Source: a candidate division WOR-3 bacterium
GTDB taxonomy: Bacteria; Hydrothermota; Tepidihabitantia; SM23-42
Reading direction: 5' to 3'
Assembly: GCA_027026255.1 (NCBI GenBank)
Contig: JALVOT010000004.1
Coordinates: 39,061-103,060, forward strand
DNA: 64,000 nt
The notes beneath the pieces were generated by a model that saw nothing but the letters and a program-made list of their open reading frames with translations, searched no databases and was not told where the DNA came from. A program made the position numbers and the translations under genes. Every line of letters starts with the position of its first letter. Position 1 is the stretch's first letter. Shown piece after piece: positions 58,368 to 64,000 of this stretch.

Positions 58368-58996
58368 CCCTGCCTCGACCTGTAGAACCAGAGATAGTGA
58401 AGGGGATACCGGGTAATAATCTGATTGAGGTCGGCACCGATTTCCAGTATACCGCGATTATGCTTTTGATATGCGGCAAAGGGAATTAAAGGGACATTGC
58501 ATAACCCTGCCAATCTCTTAATCTTTTCAAACTTTGCATAAAATGTATTACCGTCGATCAAAACTCCAAAGATACCACCGGACTTTATAAATTCAACAAT
58601 CCTGAAAACATCATCAGGATAGAATATTTTAACCCCTTTATTTGAACGGAATCTCTTCAGTAAATAATCGAGTATCCTTCCCCGGAGTCCCTGGTCCTTA
58701 TAGGTGTTAACAAGAATACCAAGTCGGAAACCGAGCTGACTCAGTCTTCGCGGCATCAATTCCCAGACCCCGAAATGGAAGGAGTAGAGTATCCCACCCC
58801 GGGATAAAACATCCAGGTTGCCCCTGACCTTGAGGTCTTTTTTAGAAAGCATAAAATAGAGATTTCGGGCAACTTGATATAGATTGGGTATCGCATTATT
58901 ACCGATTCTTTTTTTTATATAACGCCGGCGCTCTGGACAAAGCCAGTATAGGCCGAAAACCAGGATTAATATAAATCCCTGGGTTATGACACTCAT
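58364..58996 (-). CDS. Lipid A biosynthesis acyltransferase-like (LpxL/HtrB, LPLAT superfamily), short form
   Basis: 210 aa. N-terminal TM helix and the HFGVWE H-x4-E-type acyltransferase motif. Confidence 0.55.
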   Translation of the reverse strand: MSVITQGFILILVFGLYWLCPERRRYIKKRIGNNAIPNLYQVARNLYFMLSKKDLKVRGNLDVLSRGGILYSFHFGVWELMPRRLSQLGFRLGILVNTYKDQGLRGRILDYLLKRFRSNKGVKIFYPDDVFRIVEFIKSGGIFGVLIDGNTFYAKFEKIKRLAGLCNVPLIPFAAYQKHNRGILEIGADLNQIITRYPLHYLWFYRSRQG

Positions 58997-60636
58997 TAAG
59001 AGCCTTTTAAAGATACACTGATAAAGTGATAAAAGACCGGGTTTGGTGACAGGGGTCTTGATGTGAACTCGGGATGGAACTGGGTTCCCAAAAAGAATGG
59101 CAGGCCGCCAACCTCGGCAATTTCCATTAATTTACCATTGGGAGAATGTCCGGAAAATATGAATCCCTTTTCACTGAGGGTGTTGATATATTTTGGGTTG
59201 ACCTCATAACGATGTCGGTGTCTTTCCACTATCTGATCTCTGCCATAAATCTTTCGCGCCAGGGTTTTTGGTTCCAGTTTGCAGGGCCAGTTACCAAGTC
59301 TCATTGTGCCGCCCATATTCTTTATCTTTTTCTGCTCTGGTAAAAGATCAATTACCGGATATGGGGTATGATCATCAAATTCTGTAGAGTTCGCCTTTTT
59401 CATACCACAAACATTCCGGGCATATTCAATCACCATACACTGCATTCCCAGACAGATTCCCAAAAATGGTTTTTTCATCTCCCGGGCATATTTTATCACC
59501 TTTATCTTTCCCTCAACACCCCTCATCCCAAATCCGCCAGGGATCAAAATACCATCTGCATAGGCAAGGGCATTACCCAGTTTTATATCATCTTCCATCC
59601 TTTCGGTGTCAATCCATTTTAATTTCAGCCTTGCATCATTGGCAACTGCGGCATGATAGAGCGCCTCAATAATACTCTTATAGGAATCCCTCAACTCAAC
59701 ATATTTGCCGCAGATTGCAATCTCCACACTCTTTGATGGGGATTTTGCCCTTTCCACAAATAACCGCCACTCCTCTAAATCAGGCTCCCTCACATCAAGG
59801 TTTAAGTTTTTAATGATTAACTGATCCAGTTTCTGACGATGAAAGATCAAAGGAATTTCATAGATACATTCAACATCAATCGCATCAATTACTGCCTCCT
59901 GCGGGATATTACAAAACAGGGAAATCTTTTTTCTCTCATCTGAAGTGAGCCAGGAATCACTGCGGCATAAGAGGATATCAGGTTGAATACCAATTGCCCT
60001 CAATTCTCTAACCGAATGCTGGGTAGGTTTGGTCTTAAATTCACGGGCGGCCTTTATATATGGAACAAGGGTGAGATGAATATAGAGGGTATTTTCCTTA
60101 CCATAATCAAGCCTCATCTGTCTTACCGCCTCAAGAAATGGTTGACCTTCAATATCACCCACGGTTCCGCCGATTTCCGCAATTACAACATCAACATGAT
60201 TTTGATCGGCGAGTTTTGTAATCCGTGATTTTATTTCATCGGTTATATGGGGGACAACCTGAACGGTCTTCCCCAGATACTCACCCTTTCTTTCTTTATT
60301 GATAACTGAATAATAGATCTGCCCGGTGGTAATATTGTTATCCCTGGTCAGGGAGCCATTCAGGAAGCGCTCATAATGGCCAAGGTCTAAATCACATTCT
60401 GCACCGTCTGCAGTCACAAATACTTCCCCATGCTGATACGGATTCATTGTCCCCGGGTCAACATTAATATAGGGATCAATCTTCTGTAGGGTCACCTTGA
60501 GTCCATAGGATTTCAGTAGCAGACCAATTGAGGCGGTTGCTACCCCTTTACCCAGAGAAGAAACAACTCCGCCGGTAACGAAAATATATTTTGTCTCCAT
60601 GCATTTTAAGTATAGTGAAAAAATTATTAATGTCAA
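58996..60636 (-). CDS. pyrG: CTP synthase
   Basis: 546 aa. KYIFVTGGVVSSLGKG P-loop and a C-terminal GATase domain with GICLGMQ. The true start is probably the internal METKYIF. Confidence 0.9.
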   Translation of the reverse strand: MTLIIFSLYLKCMETKYIFVTGGVVSSLGKGVATASIGLLLKSYGLKVTLQKIDPYINVDPGTMNPYQHGEVFVTADGAECDLDLGHYERFLNGSLTRDNNITTGQIYYSVINKERKGEYLGKTVQVVPHITDEIKSRITKLADQNHVDVVIAEIGGTVGDIEGQPFLEAVRQMRLDYGKENTLYIHLTLVPYIKAAREFKTKPTQHSVRELRAIGIQPDILLCRSDSWLTSDERKKISLFCNIPQEAVIDAIDVECIYEIPLIFHRQKLDQLIIKNLNLDVREPDLEEWRLFVERAKSPSKSVEIAICGKYVELRDSYKSIIEALYHAAVANDARLKLKWIDTERMEDDIKLGNALAYADGILIPGGFGMRGVEGKIKVIKYAREMKKPFLGICLGMQCMVIEYARNVCGMKKANSTEFDDHTPYPVIDLLPEQKKIKNMGGTMRLGNWPCKLEPKTLARKIYGRDQIVERHRHRYEVNPKYINTLSEKGFIFSGHSPNGKLMEIAEVGGLPFFLGTQFHPEFTSRPLSPNPVFYHFISVSLKGS

Positions 60637-60665
60637 CCGTATTCAAAGCCGCGGCAAATGCAAAT

Positions 60666-60866
60666 GGGGTCAAATCTTCACAATTCACAAGTTTATATAT
60701 GTGGCATACTATTATTTCACCAATCGTAAGTTGGTAATACCATTATACTGATAAAATATTTTGCAACGATTTCGCGTATAATCCCGTTATCAGAACGTAT
60801 GTCAAACTGAAACAGAACAAACAAATAATCGATTTCATCAATTGTGAATTGTGAAGATTTGACCCC
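60666..60866. mobile_element. MITE-like element, family B, copy 2 (201 bp), inverted relative to copy 1
   Basis: Identical 25-bp terminal inverted repeats GGGGTCAAATCTTCACAATTCACAA at 60666-60690 and the reverse complement at 60842-60866. The interior is about 85% identical to the reverse complement of 15073-15225. It sits in the intergenic region between pyrG and the sigma-54 regulator. Confidence 0.6.
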
Positions 60867-60882
60867 GGAAGATTCGGAATAC

Positions 60883-62199
60883 TCACTTTATATCATATTC
60901 TTTTATCTTCGCCCTGAGGGTGTTGCGGTGGATGCCAAGAATCTTTGCTGCCTCGGATAGATTCCACCCGGTCTTTTCTAAAATCTTTTTAATATGGACC
61001 TTCTCCATCTCAGCAAGTGAACCGGATTCTTCTTCAGTATGCCATTCAAGGGGAATCTCTTTTATTGTAATATAGTCTCCCGGGCAGAGGACAACCGCAC
61101 GCTCTATTACATTCTCCAGCTCTCTGATATTCCCGGGCCAATCATAACGAACCAGTCTCTTAAGGGCGTCAGGGGTGATACCCTTAATCTCTTTATGACT
61201 GCGCTGAGAGAATTTTTTTAAGAAGTATTCAGCAAGGACTGGAATATCCTCACGCCTCTGGCGCAGCGGTGGAATATTGATATTGATTACATTGAGACGA
61301 TAATAAAGGTCTTCACGAAACTTTCCCCGGGCAATCTTCTTTTTTAAATCCTGATTCGTTGCACTGATAAGCCGAACATTTACCTTTATGGGGGTATTGG
61401 AACCGAGCCTTTCAAATGTGAATTCCTGTAATACCCTTAACAACTTCACCTGGGTGCTCAGGGGCAGGTCGCCAATCTCATCAAGAAACAGGGTGCCCTG
61501 ATGGGCGAGTTCAAATTTGCCGTAGCGCCTTTTTTCCGCTCCGGTAAAGGCACCCTTCTCATAACCAAAGAGTTCACTCTCAAGCAGGGTCTCGGGCAGT
61601 GCGGCACAGGAGATAGGAACAAATTGACGGTCCTTTCTTGGACTCATTTGATGAATTAATCTTGCAATCATCTCCTTACCGGTTCCTGATTCACCAAGGA
61701 TTAAAACCGCAGCATCAGATTTTGCAACACGATTTACAATCTTGAGTATCTCTTTCATCTTTTTACTCTGAGCAATAAATGAATCAGTCGGAAAGATTTC
61801 TTTTATTTCATCCCTTAAAAGATTTAATTCCTGATGAAGCCCCTTCTCTTCATTGATACGGGCAATAATAATTTCCAATTCATCAAGATTGATCGGTTTA
61901 TTAAGATAATCATAAGCACCGATTTTCATCGCCTGAACCGCTGATTCGACGGTTCCGTAACCGGTCAGGATTATAAAATATGTCATTGGGTCAATCTTTT
62001 TCATTTGTGCCATTGTTTCCACACCATCAAGTTCGGGCATCTTCAGGTCGAGTATCACCAGGTCAAATGTGTTATGTTTGTTTAACTCAATCGCATCCCT
62101 GCCTGACCCTGCGGTCTTTACACTATGCCCCTGTTTTTGTAAAAATCCTGCTAAGAGATTGCGCTGGGCTGGTTCGTCATCGACAACCAGGATGTTCAT
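60883..62199 (-). CDS. Sigma-54-dependent response regulator (NtrC family: REC, AAA+, HTH)
   Basis: 438 aa. REC ILVVDDEP...LVILDLKMPELDG. AAA+ GESGTGKE with the GAFTGA sigma-54 contact motif. C-terminal Fis-type HTH. Confidence 0.85.
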   Translation of the reverse strand: MNILVVDDEPAQRNLLAGFLQKQGHSVKTAGSGRDAIELNKHNTFDLVILDLKMPELDGVETMAQMKKIDPMTYFIILTGYGTVESAVQAMKIGAYDYLNKPINLDELEIIIARINEEKGLHQELNLLRDEIKEIFPTDSFIAQSKKMKEILKIVNRVAKSDAAVLILGESGTGKEMIARLIHQMSPRKDRQFVPISCAALPETLLESELFGYEKGAFTGAEKRRYGKFELAHQGTLFLDEIGDLPLSTQVKLLRVLQEFTFERLGSNTPIKVNVRLISATNQDLKKKIARGKFREDLYYRLNVININIPPLRQRREDIPVLAEYFLKKFSQRSHKEIKGITPDALKRLVRYDWPGNIRELENVIERAVVLCPGDYITIKEIPLEWHTEEESGSLAEMEKVHIKKILEKTGWNLSEAAKILGIHRNTLRAKIKEYDIK

Positions 62200-62203
62200 A
62201 GAA

Positions 62204-63364
62204 TCAAATCAATTCTTTACTGCGCATATCTTTGCATAAACTGTAGCCACCAAGGAGTAATACTCCGCTGCCCAGAATAGTTACAATAATTTTGATGATA
62301 AATCCCAATACCGGAATGAGGTATAAAAGGGTAAGAACTATGACCCCGACGATGAATGAAAGATACAGGGAGATATCACCTTCCTTTTTAAAAAGTTGAA
62401 TAATTTTCTCACCCAGCACAAGGGCGACAAAGATTGAGGCAAGATAGAGGAGCACGGTATAGAAATATATTCCGAATAGGGCGAATGGATAGCCGATTAA
62501 AGTAACAAGAAGAATGATTATTACTACCGGGATGACAATAATACCGAGAAATCCCCAGCCCAATGATACCCAGGGTCTGGAAATGCATATATCCATAATG
62601 CGTCGGGGGAATCTTTTGGAAAACGTAATGAGCACAATCCCGACAATAATCATAGCGATGAAGGTAATTGTCTTAAACAGGGAAATAAAAAAACCTAAGG
62701 CCGGCGCCAATTTCTTTAAGAATTCACCCTTTGTCTTTTTTGTCTCTTTTATAACTTTCTGTTGACCGCTAACCGCTGCCCCGGATTCAATTACTGGTCT
62801 TTTATCACCCCGCACAATAAGGTCGCCGTTAACCCGGGCATCTTTTTCAATCTTAACCTCATCCGATTTGATATTTATGGTTCCACTCCTGCCGGACATA
62901 AGAAACCTTCCGCTACTCCCTTTTATGGTTCCGGTGATCTCGCCCAGAATATTCACCTCGCCGCCGTAGCAGCGAAGGTCCTTCTTTATCCAGGCATCCC
63001 TGGTAATCAGAAGGTTTCCCCCAAAGAGCATAACATTCTTTTCGGCGGTTGCGGATATTGTGATATCACCGGCTCCTGCCCAGACTGAATTTACCATAGG
63101 CGATGATATTTTTACCTGAGATGCACCACAGAATATGGTTCCTTTAACATCACCACTCACTTCAATCTTCTGGGCAAAGGCATAAAGGTCTCCATTGACC
63201 TTACCGTGAATAATGACGGTTCTGCCCAGGGCAATAAGGTCATCATCAATCACCTGTTCTCTGGTTAATTCTATGGTATTTCCCTTTTTAACGACGATTC
63301 CATAAGCCGGTGCAACAATCGAGAACAATATAATAATGCTCAAAAGCAGTTTAAAGTATTTCAT
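62204..63364 (-). CDS. Hypothetical membrane-anchored protein with bactofilin-like (polymer-forming, beta-helical) repeats
   Basis: 386 aa. N-terminal signal/TM. A repetitive G-x-V/I-x-G hydrophobic ladder (GDVKGTIFCGASQVKISS...GEVNILGEITGTIKG...) resembles a bactofilin/DUF583 beta-helix. C-terminal multi-TM region. Confidence 0.4.
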   Translation of the reverse strand: MKYFKLLLSIIILFSIVAPAYGIVVKKGNTIELTREQVIDDDLIALGRTVIIHGKVNGDLYAFAQKIEVSGDVKGTIFCGASQVKISSPMVNSVWAGAGDITISATAEKNVMLFGGNLLITRDAWIKKDLRCYGGEVNILGEITGTIKGSSGRFLMSGRSGTINIKSDEVKIEKDARVNGDLIVRGDKRPVIESGAAVSGQQKVIKETKKTKGEFLKKLAPALGFFISLFKTITFIAMIIVGIVLITFSKRFPRRIMDICISRPWVSLGWGFLGIIVIPVVIIILLVTLIGYPFALFGIYFYTVLLYLASIFVALVLGEKIIQLFKKEGDISLYLSFIVGVIVLTLLYLIPVLGFIIKIIVTILGSGVLLLGGYSLCKDMRSKELI

Positions 63365-63428
63365 CTGGCCTCCTTTTTAATAACTTCTACTATGTATTAC
63401 GAAATCGAGTAAAAAAAGTTTCAAATTT

Positions 63429-64000
63429 TTAAGTGGGTTCCAGTTTTATATGGAGTTCTTTCAGTTGTTCGGGCTCAACAAAGTCAGGGATTCCTTCTAA
63501 GAGCCCCTGTGCCTGGGTGGTCTTGGGAAAGGCAATCACCTCCCGGATTGAATTGAGCCCGGCCAGAAGCATTACAATTCTATCGATACCCGGGGCGATA
63601 CCGCCATGGGGTGGAGCACCAAAATCGAGTGCCTGTAAGAGCATTGTATATTTATCTGCATCTATTCCCGCAATCGAAAAAAGTTTCTCCTGTAATTCCC
63701 GTTTATGATTTCTGATACTGCCGGATGCAAGTTCGTTGCCATTACATACCAGGTCATACAGTCTGCCTTTTACCTGAAGAGGGTCTTTATCAAGATAAGG
63801 GATATCCTCTTTTTTGGGCTGGGTGAATATATGATGGCTGGCAATAATTCTCCCGGTCTTTGGTTCTTTTTCAAACAGGGGAAAGTCATAGACCCATAAA
63901 AACTTAAATCCTTCAGATATAAGATTCAATTTCTGGGCGAATTCATTTCTTAACCGACCCAGGAAATAGAGGATATCACGCTTTCCCGCCATCACCACCA
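63429..64000 (-). CDS. aspS: Aspartate--tRNA ligase, C-terminal part (gene continues beyond the window end)
   Basis: Class II aaRS motif 3 region FGAPPHGGIAPGIDRIVMLL and the bacterial AspRS insertion-domain pattern. The ORF is open to the window edge. Confidence 0.8.
   Translation of the reverse strand, partial: VVMAGKRDILYFLGRLRNEFAQKLNLISEGFKFLWVYDFPLFEKEPKTGRIIASHHIFTQPKKEDIPYLDKDPLQVKGRLYDLVCNGNELASGSIRNHKRELQEKLFSIAGIDADKYTMLLQALDFGAPPHGGIAPGIDRIVMLLAGLNSIREVIAFPKTTQAQGLLEGIPDFVEPEQLKELHIKLEPT

Overview
This 64 kb window looks like chromosomal DNA from an AT-rich, diderm, probably uncultivated bacterium. Evidence for that: lptCAB, an LpxL-like acyltransferase, OMP-like barrels, and two cargo proteins with type IX secretion (T9SS) C-terminal sorting domains. 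Coding density is high and most genes are housekeeping: pyrB (3' end), pyrC, purM, ROK glucokinase, Hsp20, fhs, DUF72, an Obg/DRG-like GTPase, thiL, trpS, an M19 dipeptidase, hslU, ptsN, yceD, PBP4, thymidine phosphorylase, queC-queD, scpB, GT4/GT2 glycosyltransferases, a Lon-like protease, MFS, Thi4, a P1B-ATPase, lptB/A/C, pyrG, a sigma-54 response regulator and aspS (3' end). There are five tRNAs, all on the minus strand: Ala-TGC, His-GTG, Lys-CTT, Arg-TCT and Ile-GAT. Four things are not routine. (1) A five-gene minus-strand operon (27172-33832) encodes a soluble hybrid histidine kinase (PAS-HisKA-HATPase-REC-REC), a stand-alone Hpt protein, a GspE/PilB-type secretion/pilus ATPase with intact receiver (REC) domains fused to both its N- and C-termini, a zinc-ribbon single-pass membrane protein and a prepilin-type pseudopilin. 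This is an apparent multi-step phosphorelay wired directly onto a type IV filament motor ATPase. (2) A tandem, partially diverged duplication (about 5260-6960 and 8483-10020) carries two T9SS-secreted purple-acid-phosphatase-like metallophosphatases. The copy includes the upstream control region and an internal relic of the neighbouring large HTH-TPR-wHTH-BTAD regulator gene. (3) Two MITE-like non-coding repeat families are present. Family A is about 310-410 bp with 20-bp terminal inverted repeats CTGATTCCTCTCCACTTTTT, GC hairpins and a copy-number-variable 27-bp tandem repeat, with copies at 18.0, 33.9 and 52.5 kb. Family B is about 200 bp with 25-bp terminal inverted repeats GGGGTCAAATCTTCACAATTCACAA, with copies at 15.0 and 60.7 kb in opposite orientation. 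(4) A truncated T9SS C-terminal-domain gene remnant abuts Family B copy 1. No CRISPR array, integrase, transposase ORF or prophage was seen.
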